NCBI GenBank assembly: GCA_025594325.1
Contig: JANHCV010000004.1
Span: 62,001 to 126,000 of the forward strand
DNA from: Blastocladiella emersonii ATCC 22665
Lineage: Eukaryota > Fungi > Blastocladiomycota
DNA: 64,000 nucleotides
Direction of reading: 5' to 3'
Below are positions 52,032 to 61,515 of the stretch, piece by piece. The notes under the pieces were generated by a model that was not told the DNA's origin, searched no databases, and was given only the letters and a program-made list of their open reading frames with translations. Every line of letters begins with the position of its first letter. Within the stretch, counting starts at the first letter, position 1. Both the position numbers and the translations under genes were made by a program.

Positions 52032-52966
52032 CCCGCGGCCGACCATCGCCACCACCACTTCTAGAAGCCGTTGGCGCCGCGTGTACGGCGCCCGTCGACA
52101 CTACTACCAGGCGTGTACACTCTACCCCACCCCAACTCTTTTGTCAAACGTAACATACCCGACTTGGACTCTGTGAAAATGGCACTCTCGGCTCAGTCAG
52201 CGAGTTGGGCAGCTCGGTCGGTACAGCAGCGTGTCCTAATGAGCTCGGCCATGGCGAGACCCCTGTTACTCGCAACCTGCCGCGACTGCTGAAGCTGGTC
52301 GCGGACGGCGGACGGGGGTCTAGAGTTTGAGCTCGAGCGCCAGCTGCATCGCTGACCGCCGCACGAGCTGGTCTCGTCGCGCGTGTTTGTCAAGTCGGCG
52401 CCCTCGCGGATTGATCACCACACCGACACGGCACGGGTACAATTTCCTCAGTCTTGGACCTCATTCCTGCGCGCGCGGACGTGTTTTTTCCTGATGCACA
52501 TCCAGTGCTGGCGCCTCGGTGAGAGCATTGTCGTCGCGGGCGTGAGTGCAGCGACGCGGGCCGCCGACCCATCAATCGTAACAAGACTTCAACGACGTTC
52601 ATCATGACGTTCAACACCCCCAAGGTGCGTGAGTCATGGCCACGCGACGGGACCGCTCCACGTTGAGCTCGACGCGCCGACCGAGGCCGGACGCGGAGCG
52701 TAGGGCGAACGAGTCGTGTACGCCGGCGCATGGCGATGCGGTGCTGATGTTCTGGTGGTGGTCGGCGAGGCCGTCGAGAGGGTACGAGTGGAAAGAGTAC
52801 GAGTGGAGAGAGAGGTAAAGTTGTCGTGAGGGTTGTTGTTGGTGGTGGCAAAGGGTGATAGAAGTTGGTGGGAGGGGCGGGAGGAACGGGTGCTGGCCGG
52901 CGCGGGCCAGCCGAGCGCGAGGTCGAGGGTCCCGTACTTGGCCTGGCCTCGTCGGGGTCGTTATCC

Positions 52967-54136
52967 TCAGCGGCCAAAGCCGGGGGCGGCAGCGCCCGAG
53001 TTCATGCGGCGCAGCTTACCGTTGGCAATGAGCTTCTGGAGGTCCGCCTTGGGCGCCGAAGCTTTCTGCTTGCCCTTGGGCTTGGAGGGGTAGCCGGTGG
53101 TCGACTTGTAGCCGTTGGCCGGCGCCGAGGTGATGGTGAGCGTGATGGTGGAGGTCGGCGGCGAGTACATGCTCATCGGCGCGGACGCGGCCAGCGGCGA
53201 GGGCGTGACGGGCAGGAACCGCGCGGCCGGCACAGGAGCGGGCGTTGGGGGCACCACCCGGCTCCGTTGCACCGCCTTCTGCTTGTGCTGGCGGCGACGA
53301 AAGACGAGGTGGGCCGTCGACTTGAAGGTGTCCGAGGCCAGCAGCCCGGTCCGGAACCCGGACAGCTTGGAGGACTGGGCGCGGCCGACCTTGTTGCCGC
53401 CGCCGAGCGCCGACCGCATCGCCTTGACCGACTTGCCGAGCAGGTGCTGCTTGCGGATGTCGGCCCAGAGCGCCGCCTTCTTGTCGTTGCGTGACTTGGC
53501 CGCGCGCCGCAGCTGGTTCTTGTTCTCCTTCTTGAGCGGGTAGCTGCGCTTGGGCAGGGCCGGCGCGGCCCACACGGCGGCGACGTGGTCGTCGGCGAGG
53601 TCGAGCGACGACTTGATCACGTAGTCGTCCTCGATCTCCGTCTTGTCCTCCTCGAGCTGGTACTGGGCGGCCTGCGTGTCGGCCACGACATGGAGTGGAG
53701 CGGCACATTCTAGGTGGTGGAGGACGTCAGCTTTGTGCGGGCGAGAGAGTTGGCAGTGAGAAGGCGTAGCGTACCAGCATGGGGAGGGCGGCAGTCGTCA
53801 AAAGCGGTCGAGCGGTCGACGATGGCCGACGACGTCTTGCGGGTCACCAAGTCAGTCGGGCGGTCGCGCGGGCGCTCGTTAGCGCCGGCAGAACGCGGAC
53901 CCGTCGTCAGCGCAAAGGAAAGAGACGAGATCGTGAACGCGGCGTCGCGGGCCGCACGGCGCTGTTCCACAGTTGCGACAACGCAGTACGGCTTGTCGCC
54001 GGGGTGATGGCGAGGCCCGCCGAGGCCGGGACGGGGCGCGCGCGTCGAGCAGGACGGGCGCCGTCTCACGGTGCATGGCGTTGGTCAGCGCGGGCGCGGA
54101 CTCGAGGACGACAGCCGTACTACTGGTCGAGGCCAT
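52967..54136 (-). CDS. Hypothetical Lys/Arg-rich protein, probably three exons (intron 53710-53774 well supported)
   Basis: The codon-biased ORF 52967-53686 lacks its own ATG. A GTACGC..GCTGAC..CTAG intron links it in phase to upstream exons starting MASTSST at 54136. Confidence 0.5.
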
Positions 54137-54210
54137 GGCGGCGGATGCGTACACGACCTTGGAATCACGGCCGGCAAGGCAGGAGCGCGAGGAAAGTCAC
54201 GCCGAGGAGC

Positions 54211-54338
54211 TGGCCAGCCCAACCCTGACCCCCTGGCGTAGGATTGACGAGTCGACCTGCAGCCCGCCCTGGCCCTCGATGGTCACGATCATCTGTTCGG
54301 GCGTGTCGACGAGCTTGAGCGAGATGGAGAAGCGGTCC
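54211..54338 (-). pseudogene. Inverted, decayed fragment of the receptor gene (source ~43238-43389)
   Basis: DRFSISLKLVD-TPEQMIVTIEGQGGLQVDSSI versus source DRFSISLKLVDYFQNVAVDTPDQVIVTIEGQGGLQVDSSI; long runs of DNA identity and a 24-nt deletion between two GTCGAC copies. Confidence 0.9.
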
Positions 54339-54734
54339 GTGATAAGGGCGGATGGGCGCGTCGTCACGACGCGCCGATCAAGCGCACGTGCGATCCTTTG
54401 CAAAATTCTCTCGCTCAGCGGTTGGCAGCTCGAATCTGTGTGTAATTATTGCATCCAATATTATTAACTTTATAATTTATAAAAACACTCCGCACTGGCC
54501 GATCCAAACCGCTTCTGAGATGTCGACCTATCGCGATGTGTTGGGATTTGTCACGTGGCCCGGCCGATCCCACTGAACACGGCCGAACGTGCAGCAGCAA
54601 CGCGAGGATGGATTTCGTTCGCTCGAGCAGGCTGCCGGCGGCCCCGTCCGTGGGGATAAAAGGCAGCGCGACCTCGCCCTCCTCCCCTTCTCCCTTGTGC
54701 TGATCGAGCCTGACCTCAAAGCAACGTAATCAAG

Positions 54735-56027
54735 ATGTCGTCCAACCCCCGCGTCTACTTCGACATGACTGGTCCGTGGCCCTCGACACCCGCCCGCCCT
54801 CGCCCCGGCGCTTCGCGCCTCGCTGCCTCGCCGCCATGACCGCTGTGACCGCCGTAACCGCCGCAACCGCCGCCTTCGCCGATCTTCCGTAATCGTCCGC
54901 ACGGGCCATCACCGTGCAGAACTCGCGGTCAGGATGTGGCGAGCAACGCGAGGGCCTGGGCGCACCTTACAGATCGCTCGGACTCTACTCACTTTTGCCT
55001 CTTCCCAAATCCCTCACCATGTAGCCGACGGCAAGCCGCTCGGCCGCATCGTCATGGAGCTGCGCGCTGGTACGGATCACCAACGTTGAGCCCGAGTGGC
55101 GGTGCAGCACGGTCGAGATCGTGTGTGACTGACACTCCCGACCTCCCACCACCTCCCACCACCTCCCTCGACATCCCATCACCTCTCTGATCTCCGTGCG
55201 GAAGATGTGGTCCCAAAGACTGCCGAGAATTTCCGTGCCCTCTGCACCGGCGAGAAGGGCTTCGGCTACTCGGGCTCGACCTTCCACCGCGTGATCCCCG
55301 ACTTCATGTGCCAGGTACGCATTTTCGGCATGTCTGGACCGCGGTACGCAGCGCGCGGCGGTCGTGCGCGTTCAGGCTTGTGTGTTGACCCGGGAGTGGG
55401 CCTGGGGTGACCTCGGGGTGAGCTCGAACTCGGCGATCGCGACGAGACCTCGACTCCCATCACTCACAACTCCCTTCTCCTCCCCCTTTTCAGGGCGGCG
55501 ACTTTACGGCCCATAACGGTACCGGCGGCAAGAGTATCTACGGGAACAAGTTTGCCGATGAGAACTTTGTGTACGTTCCGAAGTGTCGGAAGTGATCCGC
55601 GGTGTCCGGCGACCTCTCGCGGCTCCCGACCGTATCATCCCCTCCTCCCTACCCATCTTCCAGCTAGTCTCTCCCATCTCCTTGTGCTTATTTCGATGAC
55701 TTTCGACGTGTCGCGGACACCACACGCTCACCGACCTCTCTCCGCCTCACCTCGCGATCGTACGTGGGAACCCGCAACTCACCTTTCGACTACTCTAGCC
55801 TCAAGCACACTGGCCCGTACCTGCTGTCGATGGCCAACGCCGGCCCCAACACCAACGGCTCGCAGTTCTTCATCACCACGACCAAGACGGCCTGGCTCGA
55901 TGGCAAGCATGTCGTGTTCGGCTCCGTTATCGAGGGCCAGGACGTCGTGAAGACGATCGAGTCGTACGGCAGCTCGTCGGGCCGCACCTCGGCCAAGATC
56001 GCCGTCGCCGCCTCGGGCCAGCTCTAA
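54735..56027 (+). CDS. CPR1: Cyclophilin A (peptidyl-prolyl cis-trans isomerase); 5 exons, introns 54772-55024, 55070-55204, 55315-55493, 55571-55798
   Basis: Spliced product [12 protein letters not shown]|[15 protein letters not shown]|[33 protein letters not shown]|GGDFT..FADENF|[32 protein letters not shown]. Confidence 0.97.
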
Positions 56028-56996
56028 GTTCCTGGGACACCGCTACCGCTACGACCCGCCCACCAAGAATGACCCGCCGAGCACGCAGTTTGTCTCTCTC
56101 GAGTTCCTCCTCCTCCTGTTCCTCCTGATCTTCTGGTGAGACGGGTCTGATCGTCGTCATTCGACGTGAAGCCGTCCTCCAGCGAGCGTTTGAAGAAAAA
56201 CATACATGGAAGTCCTTCTGTGAACCCGACCCTCGCTGCGACTGCCAGGAGGACTTGAGAGTCGAACAAGGTTGTCCACCGCGCCTAGATTAGACGAACT
56301 GGCTGGCTGAATCGTTGTGTGCAACATGATGAGCGTCGACCCGCTTTGCCAAGTCTGCCACGGTGTGCATCGGCCGCACCTTTGACGCGTCGCTGCGGAG
56401 GGCCATGCGCATGGTCGGTCTCCCCTCGCTCTCGATCGACGGGTCCGCGTCGCCGTCGCTGCCCGCCGCCGAGTCGCGAGTGGCAGCCAAGTTGTTTGAG
56501 GCGGCCAAGTCGCGGCTCACGGGCTGCTCGCCATGTCGGCGGATACGCGCATGGTCCAACAGAGCAAGACGGTAAGGCTTTGCTGAACGCACGCGGTCGA
56601 CGACTTGCTCGAGCGATGGCGTGGCTCACGTTGGCCACGCACCCGGACCTGGCGACCCTCGACGCGACGACGGTTCGCATGACCAAGCAGTTCGCTGGCG
56701 CGTTGGCGCTGCGGTCGTCCGACGGCTCGCATCGCACGCAGCTTTGCGTCACGCCCTGGATCAAGCACATTGACACGGTCGCGAAGAACGAGTTTTTTTT
56801 TGATTCAGTCGCCACCCACGCGGTACCTTAAGTCGTCTTGAGCACGCCTTGTAATGCGACGAGCGTGGGTCGCGTCACGCTCGCGCGGCGATCGACGTGT
56901 CTCATCTCTCACGCCCGTCACGTGATAAATCGACGCGTCCGGCGAGCCCCTCGACCCGCGTCAGGGGGGGGAGCGCAGCACCACTACAGTACCCCT
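55871..56996 (+). repeat. Left arm (1126 bp) of a near-perfect long inverted repeat
   Basis: Reverse complement of 59196-60324. Mirror-image ORFs appear in the track (56285-56815 vs 59377-59907; 56319-56831 vs 59361-59873). The only difference I found is (GGA)4 vs (GGA)5. Confidence 0.95.
56369..56795 (+). pseudogene. Decayed fragment of the carbamoyl-phosphate synthase gene (source ~795-1265), inverted relative to the source
   Basis: [27 protein letters not shown] and [32 protein letters not shown] versus [30 protein letters not shown] and [32 protein letters not shown]; indels and frameshifts are present. Confidence 0.92.
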
Positions 56997-57181
56997 GCCA
57001 GCACTCCTGGTGATTCACCAGGAGTGAGTCAAGTGAGTCAAGTGGTCTGTAACTGTGGTAGGAGAGCTTTAGGGGGCGGAGGAGGAGGAACCTCGCCTCC
57101 TCGGACCTACAAAGCCGGACCGGCCCCCGATCCCCTTCTCTCGTTGGTCTCTCGAACAACAAGTTAAACCAAAACCAAACC

Positions 57182-58672
57182 ATGTATCGCTTTTCACGAC
57201 TTTCTCGGCTCACACGTGCACCGGTCCTTGCTCGCGTCGCTCGGCTCGCGTCGCCGATTGTGGCTCAAGCTGTCCAGCTGCAGGCTGGCGCGCTCTCCCG
57301 CCGCCATGCGCTGCCTCACCAACACTTTGTCCGCTTCGCGACGACGACTGCCCAGCAGACTCCCGTCGCTTCCGAACTTCTCCTTGACCTGGAGCACGTT
57401 GGCACAGCCATCAACGTTTATCACGCTGCAGGCTTCGAGAAGGAGAAGGCTGTCAAGAACCTGTCGTGGCTCAACGACGCCTCCAAGTGCACGCCCGCTG
57501 CCTTTGACGCTTTGTTGGACGAGTTTGCCAAGCTTCCATCGTGGGCCGACTCGGTCGACGACGAGTGGTGCAACGGCGTGAACGAGGCCGTCCTGCGCCT
57601 CGTCAAGCTCGAGGGCATCAAGGACATTGCCGCGTCGCGCCCGGATCTCATTACCAAGCTTGCCATCATCGCTGGCAAACGTCGCCTTGAGAACGATGCC
57701 GTGCGCGCAGTCGTCGATCTGGTCGCCGCGGCAGGTAATCGCGCCGAAGCCATCCTTCCGCTCTACGCCGAGGTGTACCGGACCTTGGGCCCATCGCCCG
57801 TCAAGACCATGGCCGCGGCCGCGGTCGGCCTGACGCCGCTCGACCGCGTCCGGATCGAGGCCACGACTACTTATGATGACGCGCGCGTCCGTCAGATCGT
57901 GGACCGCGCGGTGGCCGACGGTCTTATTTCGCACAAGTGGGCGGACCCGGTCCTCAACTTTGCCCAGATTGACGTGATTCACGACCCCGCGGTGCCTTAT
58001 TCGTTCCGCCGCCTTGAGAAGATGGTCGCGGCGAAGCTCAAGGAGGCTCCTGGTTCGCGCAACAGCGTTGCTCTCACGCGCGAGATGTTTTCCATGTTCG
58101 GGTACTGCGCAAACAACGAGTTGCGCCACACGTTCTACGATGCTAATCAGGCGGCAGTGCTTGCCGGGCGGGTCGGGCTCGATCTGACGACCCGTGCCAA
58201 GTATCAAATGTCGAATACGTCCTCGGCCAGCACCGAGCTCAACGAGATCGCCCTCCATTATCTCGGCGAACGTGGTGACAAGCTTCCCGTCGTCTCGTGG
58301 CGCGTGCTTGTCGCGGTCATGGACGCCCACCTCTATTCTAAGGGGATCAGGGACTACGGCAAGCTCGACGATCTCCATCGACATGCTCTTTCGCTTCAAC
58401 ACCCGAACGTGCTCACCCCTGAGTACTACCACTACTTCGTAACTTGGATCAAGCTCCAGCATGTCCATGCTAACAATAAGCAGCACGAGGAGGAGCGAGA
58501 GTTCGACGAGTGGTGCGTCTCGGAAGCCGTTCGACTTGTGGACGAGATGCTCGGTCTTGGTATCCAGCCGCTCGACGCGACGATCAATTTTCTGGCGAAG
58601 CTTGGGCACGAGGCTGACTTCCCGCAGCTGCTCGAGGCGGCCTCCCGCTGCCGCGCGAAGCTCGCCACTTGA
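57182..58672 (+). CDS. Intronless helical-repeat (PPR-like) protein with predicted mitochondrial presequence
   Basis: 496-aa ATG ORF with an Arg-rich, acid-free N-terminus (MYRFSRLSRLTRAPVLAR). The C-terminal EAVRLVDEMLGLGIQPLDATINFL resembles a PPR motif. Confidence 0.65.
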   Translation: MYRFSRLSRLTRAPVLARVARLASPIVAQAVQLQAGALSRRHALPHQHFVRFATTTAQQTPVASELLLDLEHVGTAINVYHAAGFEKEKAVKNLSWLNDASKCTPAAFDALLDEFAKLPSWADSVDDEWCNGVNEAVLRLVKLEGIKDIAASRPDLITKLAIIAGKRRLENDAVRAVVDLVAAAGNRAEAILPLYAEVYRTLGPSPVKTMAAAAVGLTPLDRVRIEATTTYDDARVRQIVDRAVADGLISHKWADPVLNFAQIDVIHDPAVPYSFRRLEKMVAAKLKEAPGSRNSVALTREMFSMFGYCANNELRHTFYDANQAAVLAGRVGLDLTTRAKYQMSNTSSASTELNEIALHYLGERGDKLPVVSWRVLVAVMDAHLYSKGIRDYGKLDDLHRHALSLQHPNVLTPEYYHYFVTWIKLQHVHANNKQHEEEREFDEWCVSEAVRLVDEMLGLGIQPLDATINFLAKLGHEADFPQLLEAASRCRAKLAT

Positions 58673-58971
58673 AATGGACGCGAATTATGTTCAACAATGT
58701 GATGTTAATTGTTTGCTGTTATATAATGGGTTTTCTTGTTGATGATACGAATCAAGTCTCGCTTGTTGCAATGGTATAATGTTCGTCGTCGACTTCGTGA
58801 GTGGGCCGCGCCGTTGCAGCGTTGGTCGGCTTGCGGGAACACCTCTCGCGCGACGCGCTCCTGACCGTTGGATCACGGCTCCAATCAACGCAGTGTTTGG
58901 CTTACAAAGTCGCGTTCAAAGTGGATCAAACCCTTTCGCTGGTCCATTTCTCTGCCGTGTACATCGGTGTG

Positions 58972-59195
58972 TCGCGCAGGCGGGTCAGAAGCGGCGTGGT
59001 TGATGTAAGCGAACAAGGAGCAGGGAGCACCACGGCGGCGCGGAAGTTCAAGCTCGATTCGCTGCGACAGTCGGTGACCGTGGCCATCGTCGGCGCGAAG
59101 TCCAAGATCGCGTCGCTCAAGGAGATCACGGGCGCCAGCCACCGCGCGGCCATCAAGCGCGCGCGCTCGAACCGATCAAGGACCCGCCTGCGCGA
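58972..59195. repeat. 224-bp segment bounded by a perfect 15-bp inverted repeat (TCGCGCAGGCGGGTC / GACCCGCCTGCGCGA)
   Basis: 58972-58986 is the exact reverse complement of 59181-59195, which abuts the right arm of the long inverted repeat. Confidence 0.85.
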
Positions 59196-59396
59196 AGGGG
59201 TACTGTAGTGGTGCTGCGCTCCCCCCCCTGACGCGGGTCGAGGGGCTCGCCGGACGCGTCGATTTATCACGTGACGGGCGTGAGAGATGAGACACGTCGA
59301 TCGCCGCGCGAGCGTGACGCGACCCACGCTCGTCGCATTACAAGGCGTGCTCAAGACGACTTAAGGTACCGCGTGGGTGGCGACTGAATCAAAAAA

Positions 59397-59823
59397 AAAC
59401 TCGTTCTTCGCGACCGTGTCAATGTGCTTGATCCAGGGCGTGACGCAAAGCTGCGTGCGATGCGAGCCGTCGGACGACCGCAGCGCCAACGCGCCAGCGA
59501 ACTGCTTGGTCATGCGAACCGTCGTCGCGTCGAGGGTCGCCAGGTCCGGGTGCGTGGCCAACGTGAGCCACGCCATCGCTCGAGCAAGTCGTCGACCGCG
59601 TGCGTTCAGCAAAGCCTTACCGTCTTGCTCTGTTGGACCATGCGCGTATCCGCCGACATGGCGAGCAGCCCGTGAGCCGCGACTTGGCCGCCTCAAACAA
59701 CTTGGCTGCCACTCGCGACTCGGCGGCGGGCAGCGACGGCGACGCGGACCCGTCGATCGAGAGCGAGGGGAGACCGACCATGCGCATGGCCCTCCGCAGC
59801 GACGCGTCAAAGGTGCGGCCGAT
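59397..59823 (-). pseudogene. Second copy of the decayed CPS fragment (inside the right arm)
   Basis: Mirror of 56369-56795. Confidence 0.9.
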
Positions 59824-60167
59824 GCACACCGTGGCAGACTTGGCAAAGCGGGTCGACGCTCATCATGTTGCACACAACGATTCAGCCAGCCAGTTCGTCT
59901 AATCTAGGCGCGGTGGACAACCTTGTTCGACTCTCAAGTCCTCCTGGCAGTCGCAGCGAGGGTCGGGTTCACAGAAGGACTTCCATGTATGTTTTTCTTC
60001 AAACGCTCGCTGGAGGACGGCTTCACGTCGAATGACGACGATCAGACCCGTCTCACCAGAAGATCAGGAGGAACAGGAGGAGGAGGAGGAACTCGAGAGA
60101 GACAAACTGCGTGCTCGGCGGGTCATTCTTGGTGGGCGGGTCGTAGCGGTAGCGGTGTCCCAGGAAC

Positions 60168-60324
60168 TTAGAGCTGGCCCGAGGCGGCGACGGCGATCTT
60201 GGCCGAGGTGCGGCCCGACGAGCTGCCGTACGACTCGATCGTCTTCACGACGTCCTGGCCCTCGATAACGGAGCCGAACACGACATGCTTGCCATCGAGC
60301 CAGGCCGTCTTGGTCGTGGTGATG
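60168..60324 (-). pseudogene. Duplicated 3' end (157 bp) of the cyclophilin last exon including its stop codon
   Basis: [51 protein letters not shown] is identical to the cyclophilin C-terminus; no upstream cyclophilin sequence is present. Confidence 0.93.
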
Positions 60325-60369
60325 TGTCGCGCCTGCACGACGCGTAACAATAGCTGCGATAACAAGCGT

Positions 60370-61515
60370 TTATTTCCGCCGTGCTAGGTCAAGCAGTGAC
60401 GGAACGTTGGGGTATTGGACAATGAGGTCGTAAGTCGCCATGTTCCAAGGCGATCGGGCAAAGGACACCGCTTCGTGAATCAGGGTACTCGCGAGGTCCT
60501 CTCGGCCGTTCAAGACTCGTGCGACGTCGCCGATACAGTCCTGGGATTGCGGGCTAGACGCCCTAATTGAGTGAGTTGCCGAACCGCGCGACGGGTTTGC
60601 TGTAGCAGAGCCAAGAACGCGTTGAACGACAAGATTTACGAGCGTCCGATCCATCTTCGCGTGCGAGACTGGACTCGAGGTAGACCCGCAATCGACGATG
60701 CGCGGTTGACCGAGAAGAATAGCGCCGTACACGGCATCGAGGTCGCGCTCGAGCCAAGCCGCAACCTTGGCGTGGACTCGTGGAGCGAGGCGCGAGGAAC
60801 CGTCCGTTGCACTTCCCCACGTCTGCCACTGCGTATCTGGCGAGCTCCCAACATGCGGGGCGCGCGCACCGCGGAGATAGACGAGCTCTCGGCGACAGAA
60901 TGCCAGGTGCGCCCGCTCAGTGGGATCGAGCGCCCGCCATATGGGGTCATCCACTGGATTGTGTGAGGCGGCACCAGTATTGAAATCCTGCGCTGTCGCT
61001 CCGGCTGCTCGACGTCGGGCAGGAGAAGGTCGAGCAGACTCGGATTTAGGTGCAACAGTACGCGGCAAACGCCAGCGAACGGGCGGAAGGTCGAGCTCGG
61101 CGGCGTCGCGCGAGGTGTCGCGAAGCGTTCCCTCCTCGAACGGCGCCTTGCACAGAGGACATAGCGGAGTTTGAAGATGAGACGGCACATTCCGAGAAGC
61201 CGGCCGGGAGTAAGGGTGGGCGCGAGCGCGCGAGGCCGAGGCCGGCGGGTTTGGGGCGCGATACATAGAAGCCACGGCCCAGTCTTCGATGCACGGGCGG
61301 CAGAACGTGTGGCCGCACGGCAGGACGACGGTGCTCGAGTCCAAGTCAAAGTCGACGGTCAAGCACACGGGGCACATGGTCCGCGCCGGGCCGGCTGGGT
61401 CGGCGGTCCCCGAGGCCGCAGCGGAGACGCGACTTGGCGACCCGTCGCGCACGTCATTGCAGGGACTGCCGAAGGTCTCCTGGGAGGGCTCTGCCCGCTG
61501 TCCATTCGATGCCAT
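60370..61515 (-). CDS. RING-finger (C3HC4) E3 ubiquitin ligase, Topors-like; probable start at 61515
   Basis: [22 protein letters not shown] motif and a C-terminal [24 protein letters not shown] resembling the Topors-family motif. Confidence 0.8.
   Translation of the reverse strand: MASNGQRAEPSQETFGSPCNDVRDGSPSRVSAAASGTADPAGPARTMCPVCLTVDFDLDSSTVVLPCGHTFCRPCIEDWAVASMYRAPNPPASASRARAHPYSRPASRNVPSHLQTPLCPLCKAPFEEGTLRDTSRDAAELDLPPVRWRLPRTVAPKSESARPSPARRRAAGATAQDFNTGAASHNPVDDPIWRALDPTERAHLAFCRRELVYLRGARAPHVGSSPDTQWQTWGSATDGSSRLAPRVHAKVAAWLERDLDAVYGAILLGQPRIVDCGSTSSPVSHAKMDRTLVNLVVQRVLGSATANPSRGSATHSIRASSPQSQDCIGDVARVLNGREDLASTLIHEAVSFARSPWNMATYDLIVQYPNVPSLLDLARRK

Larger units (their letters stand above)
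59196..60324 (-). repeat. Right arm (1129 bp) of the long inverted repeat
   Basis: Reverse complement of 55871-56996, with one extra GGA unit near 60075-60090. Confidence 0.95.

Noticed and set aside
56793-56801. T9 tract as a retro-insertion poly(A) tail of the CPS fragment
   Set aside because: It is poly-T on the sense strand of an internal gene fragment, the wrong polarity and position for an mRNA tail.
54355-57026. Helitron origin for the captured fragments (hairpins near fragment ends)
   Set aside because: There is no properly spaced CTRR 3' terminus, no A/T insertion site and no RepHel ORF visible. It is not excluded, but unsupported.
55871-60324. Interpretation of the long inverted repeat as TIRs of a DNA transposon carrying the PPR gene
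   Set aside because: The left arm begins inside the intact cyclophilin exon, there is no target-site duplication at the outer ends, and no transposase is present. It fits an inverted duplication better.
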